From Bacteroides sp. (GTDB taxonomy: Bacteria; Bacteroidota; Bacteroidia; Bacteroidales; Muribaculaceae), in assembly GCA_014802435.1 (NCBI GenBank), contig JAAVCG010000032.1:65839-129838 (forward strand): a stretch of 64,000 nt of DNA, written 5' to 3'. Below are positions 1 through 8,360 of the stretch, one piece after another; position 1 is the first letter of the stretch, and the number at the start of each line of letters is the position of its first letter. The translations under genes and the position numbers were made by a program. The notes beneath the pieces are model-generated. The model saw nothing but the letters and a program-made list of their open reading frames with translations. It was not told the DNA's origin and searched no databases.

Positions 1-627
1 CCCAAGAAGAATATCAAGCCCTTTCGCGGGAAGCCGCTGATTGCATGGTCAATCCTGACGGCCCTGGAACTGACTGATGCTGACCGGATTATTGTAACTA
101 CGGATTCTGACGAGATTGCCCAAGTGGCGCGCGAGTATGGAATCCCGAATCCTCATATGCGCCCTGCCGAATTGGCCACTGACACTGCCTCCACCCGTGA
201 TGTCCTCCTCGACGCTATGGCTCAGGCCGAGCGCCGCGGAGTGGACTATGACTGTGTGATTCTCCTTCAGCCTACATCGCCCTTGCGCACTGCCTCTGAT
301 GTCCGCAATGCCCTTGCGGCCTGGTCCCCGGAGGTTGACATGGCCGTAACCGTCCGCCCCGCTCCCTGCAATCCTTACTATGACTGCTTTGAAACTTCGC
401 CCGACGGCTTTCTGCGCGTCAGCAAGGGCGATGGTCTCCTCACTCGCCGCCAGGACGCTCCACCTGCCTGGCAGCTTAATGGCGCCGTCTATGTGATTAC
501 CCCCGCCCGCTTGCGTGAGATGGAAATTGGCCGCATGATGCGCCGAGTCCCCGTCCCGATGCCCCCCGAGCGCTCCCTTGATATTGACACTCCCCTTGAC
601 TGGAAAATTGCCGAACTCTATGGATAA
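1..627 (+). CDS. Nonulosonate/acylneuraminate cytidylyltransferase (CMP-sugar synthetase, NeuA/LegF-like); 5' end cut by the window edge
   Basis: Frame 1 is open from base 1 (PKKNIKPFRGKPLIAWSI...). It has the LLQPTSPLR and DIDTPLDW motifs typical of the CMP-NeuAc/KDO synthetase fold. Stop TAA is at 625-627. Confidence 0.8.
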   Translation, partial: PKKNIKPFRGKPLIAWSILTALELTDADRIIVTTDSDEIAQVAREYGIPNPHMRPAELATDTASTRDVLLDAMAQAERRGVDYDCVILLQPTSPLRTASDVRNALAAWSPEVDMAVTVRPAPCNPYYDCFETSPDGFLRVSKGDGLLTRRQDAPPAWQLNGAVYVITPARLREMEIGRMMRRVPVPMPPERSLDIDTPLDWKIAELYG

Positions 628-1639
628 GCATTTGATTTCCCCCTCCGCAACCCTCCGTGAAGCCCTCCGCGCCCTCAATAATCTCAGCGGCATGGCAATG
701 ACTCTCCTTGTCGTCGACACGGACAGGCATCTGCTCGGCTCGCTGACTGATGGCGATGTGCGCCGCGCTCTCATTGCCGGACTTAACCTTGATTCGCCCG
801 TCGCCGAGGCCATGCATCGTGATTTCCGCGCTCTGGCCGATGATATGACCCCGATGGATATTCGCCGCGTCAGGGCTCAGGGAATCCGCCTGCTCCCGGT
901 CATTGATTCTGAGGGTAGGGTGGTGAGGATTCTTGACTTATTCCGCCAGTCAACCCGACTGCCGCTCCGCGCAATGCTGATGGCCGGAGGGCGAGGCGAG
1001 CGACTCCGCCCGTTGACCGATACCACTCCCAAACCGCTCCTCCCGGTTGGTGGTCAGCCGATTATTGACCGCAATATCGACGCGCTACGCCGTGTGGGAG
1101 TCGATGATATTACGGTTTCCGTCAATTACCTGGCCGAGCAGATTGAAGCCCATTTTGCTGGCTCTGACGTGAAATGTGTCCGCGAATCAGCCCCGTTGGG
1201 AACCATCGGCGCATGCTCACTCCTCCCCGCCGACGGCCCCGCTACGACCCTGCTGATGAACTCTGACCTGCTGACCAACATTTCTTTTGAGGACTTTTTT
1301 ATTCATCATTCTGAGAGCCAAAACGACATCACTATTGCTACTATACCTCATGTGGTCAGCATTCCCTTTGCCGTCCTGACCACTGACGGCGACCGCGTTA
1401 CCGGAATTGAGGAAAAACCAACTCTCACTCATTATGCCAATGCCGGAATCTACCTGATTCGCAGCTCCTTATTGCGCAATCTCAAGCCCGAACGACTCGA
1501 CGCCCCTGATTTCATTGCCGAGCAGATTCGCTCCGGTGCGCGCGTCGGCCATTTCCCCATCTCCGGATTCTGGCTCGACATCGGAACCCCCGCAGATTTC
1601 CGCCAAGCCGCCGACCTCATAAAACTAACCACCCCCTGA
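620..1639 (+). CDS. CBS-domain pair fused to a sugar-phosphate nucleotidyltransferase (PtmE-like)
   Basis: ATG at 620 overlaps the upstream stop (ATGGATAA). The N-terminus has CBS-like repeats. It is followed by LMAGGRGERLRPLT..PKPLLPV, a G-x-G-x-R NTP-transferase signature. Confidence 0.75.
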   Translation: MDKHLISPSATLREALRALNNLSGMAMTLLVVDTDRHLLGSLTDGDVRRALIAGLNLDSPVAEAMHRDFRALADDMTPMDIRRVRAQGIRLLPVIDSEGRVVRILDLFRQSTRLPLRAMLMAGGRGERLRPLTDTTPKPLLPVGGQPIIDRNIDALRRVGVDDITVSVNYLAEQIEAHFAGSDVKCVRESAPLGTIGACSLLPADGPATTLLMNSDLLTNISFEDFFIHHSESQNDITIATIPHVVSIPFAVLTTDGDRVTGIEEKPTLTHYANAGIYLIRSSLLRNLKPERLDAPDFIAEQIRSGARVGHFPISGFWLDIGTPADFRQAADLIKLTTP

Positions 1640-1649
1640 ATTTGTTAAC

Positions 1650-1800
1650 AATAAAAACAAAACAAAAAATACAAAATACAAAATAAAAACTTATAAACCT
1701 TATAAGAATTATAAAACTTATAAAACTCATAAAAAAAACTCATAACCCCCGCTCTCCTTAAACCTTAACCCTTAAACTTTAAACCTTAAACCCTAAAAAA
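1650..1800. repeat. Three abutting degenerate tandem-repeat blocks: (ACAAAAT)n, (CTTATAAA)n and (CTTAAAC)n, ending in an A-run just before the obg ATG
   Basis: Direct reading: ...aatacaaaatacaaaata / cttataaaccttataagaattataaaacttataaaactcataa / cttaaaccttaacccttaaactttaaaccttaaaccctaaaaaa. Confidence 0.85.
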
Positions 1801-1804
1801 GAAT

Positions 1805-2983
1805 ATGGCCGACTCAAACTTCATAGACTACGTTAAAATCCAATGCCGCTCAGGCAAAGGTGGCGCCGGCTCTCGCCATTTCCATAGAGCAAAATATGTT
1901 CCCAAAGGTGGACCCGACGGCGGTGACGGAGGCCGCGGTGGCCACGTAATTCTGCGCGGCAACCGAAATATGTGGACCCTCCTCCCCCTGCGCTATCAGC
2001 GACATGTCTTCGCCACTAATGGCGAAAGCGGTGGCGCCGGTCGCTCATTCGGTAAAGACGGCGAAGACAGAATTATCGATGTGCCCTGCGGAACTGTAGT
2101 CTTTGACGCCGAAACCGGTGAATATCTCACCGAGGTAACTGACGATGGCCAAGAAGTTTACCTCCTCCGTGGCGGTCGTGGCGGCCTCGGTAACTGGCAC
2201 TTCGCCACTTCCACTAATCGCACTCCCCGATATGCCCAGCCCGGCGAACCCGCCGTTGAACGCACCGTAATCCTCGAACTCAAACTCCTCGCGGATGTCG
2301 GCCTCGTCGGATTCCCTAACGCCGGTAAATCAACCCTCCTCTCCGCCGTCAGCGCCGCCAAGCCCAAGATTGCCGACTATCCGTTCACAACCATGGAACC
2401 CCAGCTCGGAATCGTTGCCTATCGCGACAATCGCTCATTCGTAATGGCCGATATCCCCGGTATTATTGAGGGTGCAAGCGAGGGCAAAGGACTTGGCCTC
2501 AGATTCTTGCGCCATATTGAACGCAACGCCGTGCTCCTCTTCATGGTCCCCGCCGACGCCGACGATATTGTCGCTCAATATGAAATCCTCCTGGGAGAAC
2601 TGACCCGATTCAACCCCGAACTCGCCGATAAACCCCGAGTACTCGCTATCAGCAAATCTGACATGCTCGACGACGAACTCAAAGACGAAATCGCCAAGAC
2701 CCTCCCGGAAGGAATCCCTCACGTCTTCATCTCCGCCGTGACCGGACAAGGCCTTACTCAGCTCAAAGACTTGCTCTGGGCTGAAATCACTGATGAGTCT
2801 AACCAGCTCCAACTCAGCAACATCACCCATCGTCCCCTCGACGGCCACCATCGCGTCAGCGAAGAAGACGCCTTCATCTTCGAACCCTCCGCCCCCGAAC
2901 CCGACGACGAAGACTTCGGCGCCGACGACTACGACCCCGAACTCGACGACTTCGAAGACTTCGACGACGACATCTACAAATAA
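1805..2983 (+). CDS. obg: GTPase Obg/CgtA
   Basis: Glycine-rich Obg fold ([14 protein letters not shown]), G1 motif [19 protein letters not shown], and an acidic C-terminal tail. Confidence 0.95.
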   Translation: MADSNFIDYVKIQCRSGKGGAGSRHFHRAKYVPKGGPDGGDGGRGGHVILRGNRNMWTLLPLRYQRHVFATNGESGGAGRSFGKDGEDRIIDVPCGTVVFDAETGEYLTEVTDDGQEVYLLRGGRGGLGNWHFATSTNRTPRYAQPGEPAVERTVILELKLLADVGLVGFPNAGKSTLLSAVSAAKPKIADYPFTTMEPQLGIVAYRDNRSFVMADIPGIIEGASEGKGLGLRFLRHIERNAVLLFMVPADADDIVAQYEILLGELTRFNPELADKPRVLAISKSDMLDDELKDEIAKTLPEGIPHVFISAVTGQGLTQLKDLLWAEITDESNQLQLSNITHRPLDGHHRVSEEDAFIFEPSAPEPDDEDFGADDYDPELDDFEDFDDDIYK

Positions 2984-2999
2984 CACCCCCGCACATACA

Positions 3000-3033
3000 C
3001 CGGGCGTCGCGATCATCTCGTCGCGACGTCCGG
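3000..3033. terminator. GC-rich hairpin between convergent obg and the glycosyltransferase gene (no clear U-tract)
   Basis: ccgggcgtcgcga / tcgcgacgtccgg arms pair at 12 of 13 positions with an 8-nt loop. Confidence 0.45.
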
Positions 3034-3061
3034 TAATTCATCTATTCTCAGAGATTCGTAT

Positions 3062-3838
3062 TCAGACCCAGGGCCATGAAGCTATGTATTCCATTAGATC
3101 AGGTGCTGACATGGCACAAACTCTGCAATATTCACGTTTCGTTTTCAATACTAACGGAGAATAAGAGTTTGAGCTATTGATACCCCTGGGATGGTTCAGA
3201 TGAAATATTTTACCCATGATTCTCTTGGGCTTATGACCTAAAATATCAAGTCGGTGTTCTCTTTCAAAATCTTCCGGACCCCATCCCGGGAAATTCTCGT
3301 TCTCCCAACCGACTGTTTTATATCGGTTAACATTTACTAAGTATGCGCCTCCAACAGATATAAAACCAAACATTAGCTGCTGATTTCCGTCTATGGCTTC
3401 AAATATCTTAGGGTTGAGTCTCTGACGGAAAATATTTGACATATAAGCATCGCAGCCAATGAATCGGCCATCATAAGGGAATACCATGATTTCATCCGAA
3501 AACAAGAGTAGTTTATTTGCTCGGATGAGTTGATTTTTCGGGACTATTACGTCAGAGTCTATTACGGCCGCATTTTGAGTTTTTACTCTGCGAAATTCTT
3601 CATTTATGTAATGGGTCCGATGGAAAATCGGGTTTTCATCCTGAATAAAAATATAGTCAACTTCCGGGAACTCAGTTCGCATTATTTCGCGTAATTTTGG
3701 CTTTGAGTCCGCTTCAAGGAGGACAGTCGGCGCACCTTGTGTTAGCTCTCTGTAATAACTCAGAGTCGCCTTGACGTTTTCAAATCGAGTTTCCGAGTCA
3801 ATTCTGACAGTAAATATTATAGTTAAGTCTTTAATCAT
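3062..3838 (-). CDS. GT-A fold glycosyltransferase (galactosyltransferase-like)
   Basis: Likely start is MIKDLTIIFTVR at 3838, overlapping the upstream stop by 8 nt. It has a DxD-like IDSDVIV and FPGWGPEDFE, which resembles the WGxED motif of GT2/GT7-type enzymes. The gene is AT-rich. Confidence 0.7.
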   Translation of the reverse strand: MIKDLTIIFTVRIDSETRFENVKATLSYYRELTQGAPTVLLEADSKPKLREIMRTEFPEVDYIFIQDENPIFHRTHYINEEFRRVKTQNAAVIDSDVIVPKNQLIRANKLLLFSDEIMVFPYDGRFIGCDAYMSNIFRQRLNPKIFEAIDGNQQLMFGFISVGGAYLVNVNRYKTVGWENENFPGWGPEDFEREHRLDILGHKPKRIMGKIFHLNHPRGINSSNSYSPLVLKTKREYCRVCAMSAPDLMEYIASWPWV

Positions 3839-4733
3839 CGTAGAGTAATTTATCAAGGCCAAGGGCGAATCCAACTAATTGTGAAGACGAACAATTTGAA
3901 TTTGAGATCAGACCTATAAAGTCATGACACAATTTTTTGCAAAATGTAAATACTGACAAGAAGAATTCTTTTGAATCATAGCAAATCGAGAGTCTCCCGG
4001 CATCATTGAGTAAATTTAGTAGTGTCTCTGTGTTGACTTCGTTAGGATCAATACTTACTTCTCTGCTGCATTGCAAGTCAAGCATGATGATGTCTTGCAG
4101 ATAAGAATGAGTACGGTCAAATGGCGCCATTTTAACCATTTCTTTAATTTGTTTTGCCTTGTGAGGATAGACTCCATGTTTTTCTGCTAACGCAGCAAAC
4201 GCTCCAATGCTATGTAGAATGCCGGCTGTCAATTCCGTAGGAGAGTAGACGGAGGGAATGGAAGTTGTCAATATTTTCTCACAATCGCATAGCCGAAAAA
4301 TAATTTGTTCCTCCAAAACATAACGTTCTATTGTATCTTCATCTGTGTTCAGTAGAGACATCATAACAACCCCAAACGGATAAAATCGGTCTCTTAAATC
4401 AAGCTGGATTGGTGCATTGACAAAGTATGTGCTGTTTTTCTTTATGATATTATAAGCCATGTGCAACAGTCCTTCAGGCTTCTCCAGTATTTCTTCCTTA
4501 ATTAATCTGGCAAGAAGTAAGAGAAACGCCATATCACCTCCCAATAGTCCCATAGGAAGATCCCGATACTCTCTGGTTAATCTATGCAACTGTTTTACGG
4601 CATAGTCAGGAGGATTAACTGCTGAATCATTATTAGCATATTCTTTTAGTCTGAAATATATTAGTCCAAGATCAATCATAGGGGACTGATATTTTGTTAA
4701 AAGCTTTAGGATAATAGAGAGAAGATGTTTCAT
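3831..4733 (-). CDS. Helical-repeat protein of unknown function with LanC-like G-x-x-x-G-x-x-G repeat signatures
   Basis: 300-aa ORF whose ATG overlaps the OMP stop (TAATG). Repeat motifs are GLLGGDMAFLLLLA, TAGILHSIGAFAALA and LVGFALGL. No CHG or WCxG zinc-ligand motifs are present. Confidence 0.6.
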   Translation of the reverse strand: MKHLLSIILKLLTKYQSPMIDLGLIYFRLKEYANNDSAVNPPDYAVKQLHRLTREYRDLPMGLLGGDMAFLLLLARLIKEEILEKPEGLLHMAYNIIKKNSTYFVNAPIQLDLRDRFYPFGVVMMSLLNTDEDTIERYVLEEQIIFRLCDCEKILTTSIPSVYSPTELTAGILHSIGAFAALAEKHGVYPHKAKQIKEMVKMAPFDRTHSYLQDIIMLDLQCSREVSIDPNEVNTETLLNLLNDAGRLSICYDSKEFFLSVFTFCKKLCHDFIGLISNSNCSSSQLVGFALGLDKLLYDD

Positions 4734-7681
4734 TATTGAGGTAAATGTTTTGGTTGCTTATTGATTCGGTATTGAATATGGAAAAGAACATACGAGGGAA
4801 TAACGTTACTTATGGTTTCAGTGCGCGCTTCCGATGTAATCCTATACGAGATTCCTGTCAGCTGTTGAAGGATATCATATGCGTCAATTGTGAATGTCAA
4901 TACTCCATTCATAATAGACTTACTGAGGCGTGCATTCCAAATCCAGTCTTTTCTATTGATGAGAGTATTCAGGTATCCATCACGATATTCCAATGACAGA
5001 TCTGTTGACAAGCTCCAGTTATTCGGTAGATTTAAAAAAGAGGATATCGTGCTTTTATATTGACGAGTGTGGTAGTTTATTATTCCATTAATTTTATCTC
5101 CATTTTTGTCTGAGGCTATATCCGCTTTGGTTATCCATTCGAATCTCATGTTTTTATTGGCCCAAGAGAGACCAAATTCTCCATCCACTTTATGGCGAGT
5201 ATCTTCCCTCATGAAGGTTCTATTCTCGAGTAAGACACTGGCATACCCGAGATTACGAGACGCCCCTATCCCGGCAGATAATTGAAAAGGCCCGTTGCGT
5301 CTGAAGGTGGTGGAAAAACCGTAATGGATGTTTCCGGACCATGAGCCGGTTTTATTTACATATTGAATGACCTGTAAACCTGTCGTTTCGTTGAATTCAG
5401 AAGCCTGGATTATTGTACGGAAATCGTGGTCGTAGGATATATATATGTCATGCCTTGTTACCTGTTGATAGTTATATTCCGTTTGAAATTGAGCAAATGC
5501 TGCCATGGTGGGTTTAAGATTGGTGTTGCCTATTTCTATAAGCAAAGGATTGATTATCGGGCGTGAAATCATCTGAAGATAGTTTGGAGAAGATGTATCC
5601 AATCCTGTCCTAAATGTTATTTCTGTAGAAGACCGGCTTACACCCGGATTTGCCCTTGATAGCGTAATTTCGGCATCAGCAGATGGTAAGATAAACTTTT
5701 TATGAATATTCTCTTGTTGACCATATTCAAAAATTGAGAAGTTGTTCTCATTAAATTTTATCACTGCATTGACTTTGAATTGATACTTCAAGTTAGGGCT
5801 ATTGCGAATTGAAGTAGTATGTTTGATAACGGATGCTTGCAGGGTGTGATTATTATTCAGAATTAGATTTTGTCTGCTTCTATCCAAGTTTAATATGCCA
5901 ATATTAAAGACCTCATATGTGTCCTTATCTTTTAAGCTATGAAAGGTATATTTTAGTGGAATTGACAAGTTCTTATTCGGGTAATATTTAGTGAGAGTTG
6001 CAAATGTTGTCCAATTCGCTGAGTATGTTGGCTTTTGATTTATTTTATCGTTAGCTTGACTGGAAGTGTCTTCCATTGGATATCTTATAAATGAATCGTT
6101 TAGGCCATGAAAAAATCTCCACGTATTTGATGTATTTAATCTTAATGTTAGTGATAGCGGATTCGTCCCTCCATGTAATTTTATCATACTCTCGATAAAA
6201 ATCCATAGGAAAGCACGGTGTCCTTGATTAGAAATGTTTTGTTTTCGTAGATTAAGTGTGTTAGAATTTTCAGACTCGGATTCTAAAAGTGAGTCTTCAA
6301 TATATTTTGCTGAAATATCTTTGCGTTCGGAATTAAATATTCCGGACAGCAAGTTTGTTTTTGTATTGATATTGGAAAAATCAAATGAAATGAAACCCTC
6401 GAGATTGGCTTTAGAGTCAAATCTATAATTGAATTTATTCCAAGTCTTTATTGAAAGAGCCTTATGAGTTGAAGATTTGAATGAATATTCAAAATTATTT
6501 GAACTGCCTAATAAATTCTGCCGCATGGTTTTGTCATGATATAACTCTTTTGAATTTTCAGCTTCTAAACTTCCCTTTAATTCCCATACTGATTCGGATG
6601 TGGATAGATTATAGTTTAAGCCTCCTCCGTAGCGTCGGGTAACACCAAGGCCCATTTTCTCAATTGACCATGCACCGTCATTCTTTCCCGGAGGAGTCGC
6701 ATCGCTTAGGTTATTGGTATTCATGTAAGCTGAACAACCGAGATTCTTGGTAAATCCCATCCCAAATAACTTGCCGAGAAATCTATTATGGGTGCCATAT
6801 CCGGCATTTACGTTGGCAAACCATCCGTAAGAATACTCCCTTTTTAACTTTACATCCATTACCAGTTGAGAGTCGTTAATCACATCTTTCCCCAATAGAG
6901 AAGCCATTTTCCCCTCTTTTGAGTAACACTGAATCTCTTTTACTGTATAAGCGCCAAGATTCTCCAATGCAAGGGTATTTTTCCCGTTAAAAAGATCTCT
7001 ACCATTTATCAGTAGAGTTCCAACCGGCTTATTATTTACAGTAATCTGACCTCCGGGGTTTAATTTTACCCCCGGCATTTGCCGGAGCAAAGCGTCTAAC
7101 ATTGACCCGTCTGCCGTGATAAATGCATCCGCATTATATACTAATGTGTCACCCTTATGATAAAACTTTACAACTGATGCTGTTACTTCTATCTCCTTTA
7201 ATTGCTTTGATTTACGCTTATTCAATACTGCGTCGGGCAATCTGTAATCCTTACCTGCTGTCTTTAAATCTTTGTGTGAAACTTTTATCCATACCGGTTC
7301 ATAGTCTTCTGCTAAAACATAACTCCCGGCAGCTGGATTTCCATTGTTCTTGTGATAGCCTTCAACCTTAAACATATAATATGAAGGTTTTATTTTTATT
7401 TCACCTCCAAAGTATTTCATTCCCTTCTCGATTATTGGAGTGAACAACTCTCCATCAAATATCAGAGAATCTTCCTCTCCGGGGATCGCGATTGAATCAC
7501 ATAAGTAAACCGTAATCAATCCCTGAGAAAAAGATTCCTTTGTTACGCCGTTAAGCACACGCCCTTTGACAAAAATAATCTTCCCATCATTCCAGTCTTG
7601 ACAAATCGAAATGATTGAAATGAATAAAAAGCATATTGTAATGCAATAGCGTTTAATAATATGATTGAGTAGTAAATCCAT
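4733..7681 (-). CDS. Outer-membrane plug + beta-barrel protein (TonB-dependent-receptor-like, with an N-terminal carboxypeptidase-regulatory-like domain)
   Basis: It has a signal-like N-terminus (the ATG at 7681 is preferred over the TTG at 7687). Plug-like region: DGSMLDALLRQMPGVKLNPGGQITVNNKP..LLINGRDLF. A long alternating beta-strand region ends in an aromatic-rich C-terminus. Confidence 0.8.
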   Translation of the reverse strand: MDLLLNHIIKRYCITICFLFISIISICQDWNDGKIIFVKGRVLNGVTKESFSQGLITVYLCDSIAIPGEEDSLIFDGELFTPIIEKGMKYFGGEIKIKPSYYMFKVEGYHKNNGNPAAGSYVLAEDYEPVWIKVSHKDLKTAGKDYRLPDAVLNKRKSKQLKEIEVTASVVKFYHKGDTLVYNADAFITADGSMLDALLRQMPGVKLNPGGQITVNNKPVGTLLINGRDLFNGKNTLALENLGAYTVKEIQCYSKEGKMASLLGKDVINDSQLVMDVKLKREYSYGWFANVNAGYGTHNRFLGKLFGMGFTKNLGCSAYMNTNNLSDATPPGKNDGAWSIEKMGLGVTRRYGGGLNYNLSTSESVWELKGSLEAENSKELYHDKTMRQNLLGSSNNFEYSFKSSTHKALSIKTWNKFNYRFDSKANLEGFISFDFSNINTKTNLLSGIFNSERKDISAKYIEDSLLESESENSNTLNLRKQNISNQGHRAFLWIFIESMIKLHGGTNPLSLTLRLNTSNTWRFFHGLNDSFIRYPMEDTSSQANDKINQKPTYSANWTTFATLTKYYPNKNLSIPLKYTFHSLKDKDTYEVFNIGILNLDRSRQNLILNNNHTLQASVIKHTTSIRNSPNLKYQFKVNAVIKFNENNFSIFEYGQQENIHKKFILPSADAEITLSRANPGVSRSSTEITFRTGLDTSSPNYLQMISRPIINPLLIEIGNTNLKPTMAAFAQFQTEYNYQQVTRHDIYISYDHDFRTIIQASEFNETTGLQVIQYVNKTGSWSGNIHYGFSTTFRRNGPFQLSAGIGASRNLGYASVLLENRTFMREDTRHKVDGEFGLSWANKNMRFEWITKADIASDKNGDKINGIINYHTRQYKSTISSFLNLPNNWSLSTDLSLEYRDGYLNTLINRKDWIWNARLSKSIMNGVLTFTIDAYDILQQLTGISYRITSEARTETISNVIPSYVLFHIQYRINKQPKHLPQ

Positions 7682-7779
7682 ATGCAAAATTAATAAAAAA
7701 AATTGGGCAATTCGCGGTTTTAATAGTGAATTAACTTTTTTTTAACTGTAAATATTTGCATATTTTTAATTTTGATTCG

Positions 7780-7787
7780 TACATTTG
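7780..7787 (+). promoter_or_regulatory. Candidate Bacteroidetes -7 promoter box (TACATTTG) for the precursor operon
   Basis: Matches TAnnTTTG and lies 26 nt upstream of the ATG at 7814, inside the 126-bp divergent intergenic region. Confidence 0.4.
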
Positions 7788-7813
7788 CGCAGAATTTATA
7801 ATAAACTGTAATT

Positions 7814-8293
7814 ATGAAACATGCAAAAATTTCCCTTTCGACTCTAAGCGATGACGAGATGCGTTCAGATGTGGCTATGCCTCGAGGTAATACTTCCGAT
7901 TACCTAAAAAAGCATCTGAATATTACGGAGGCTGGTTCTTCTGACGAGCGGTGCTTTGCGTCTTTGGTGTGCCCTCCTGGAGATGGAACAAATGGTACTG
8001 TCCAATGCAGTGGCGCTGCAGGGTCGTGTGAGGGATATACTTCCAGTGGCATTTATGTGGGAGTAAAATGTGGTGATTATTCTGAAGAGTGCTCTAAAGC
8101 TGTTTTTCAAGGGTGGGATTGCTCTGAAGTATATGATGAACTGGAAGACAAGGAGAAAGCTTGTTGCAATAAGGAGGTGTCGGATTCATGTGAATACATG
8201 TATCATACGCTCTCCGGTCAGTCGGGATACGTACGAGGCTGGTGTAAATATAGATTCGCTGCACCAGGGCTATATTGCTCTGAAACTCGTTAA
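7814..8293 (+). CDS. Cysteine-rich (12 Cys) precursor-like protein with a hydrophilic leader and no Sec signal
   Basis: The N-terminus MKHAKISLSTLSDDEMRSDVAMPRG resembles Bacteroidetes LSxxEMxxIxGG-type leaders. All 12 Cys lie between residues 47 and 155. It is the first gene of an operon with an oxidoreductase fusion. Confidence 0.7.
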   Translation: MKHAKISLSTLSDDEMRSDVAMPRGNTSDYLKKHLNITEAGSSDERCFASLVCPPGDGTNGTVQCSGAAGSCEGYTSSGIYVGVKCGDYSEECSKAVFQGWDCSEVYDELEDKEKACCNKEVSDSCEYMYHTLSGQSGYVRGWCKYRFAAPGLYCSETR

Positions 8294-8360
8294 CTATACT
8301 AATTGATCTTTTGGCAGGACTTTATTAATTCAAATAGTATTGTTAAGCCTATTCGATTAA

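Noticed and set aside
49-813. 254-aa and 106-aa minus-strand ORFs overlapping the cytidylyltransferase and CBS-NTP-transferase genes
   Set aside because: They are antisense shadow ORFs in GC-rich coding DNA. Their Arg/Ala/Ser-rich low-complexity translation has no motifs, while the plus-strand products have clear family signatures.
2435-3164. ORFs 2435..3016(-) and 2793..3164(+) with repetitive V/F/E or T/S/P-rich translations
   Set aside because: They read through the acidic-tail coding region of obg in other frames, so they are compositional artefacts.
8070-8306. 78-aa plus-strand ORF overlapping the 3' half of the Cys-rich precursor gene
   Set aside because: It is an alternative frame inside a better-supported ORF, with no start context and no features.
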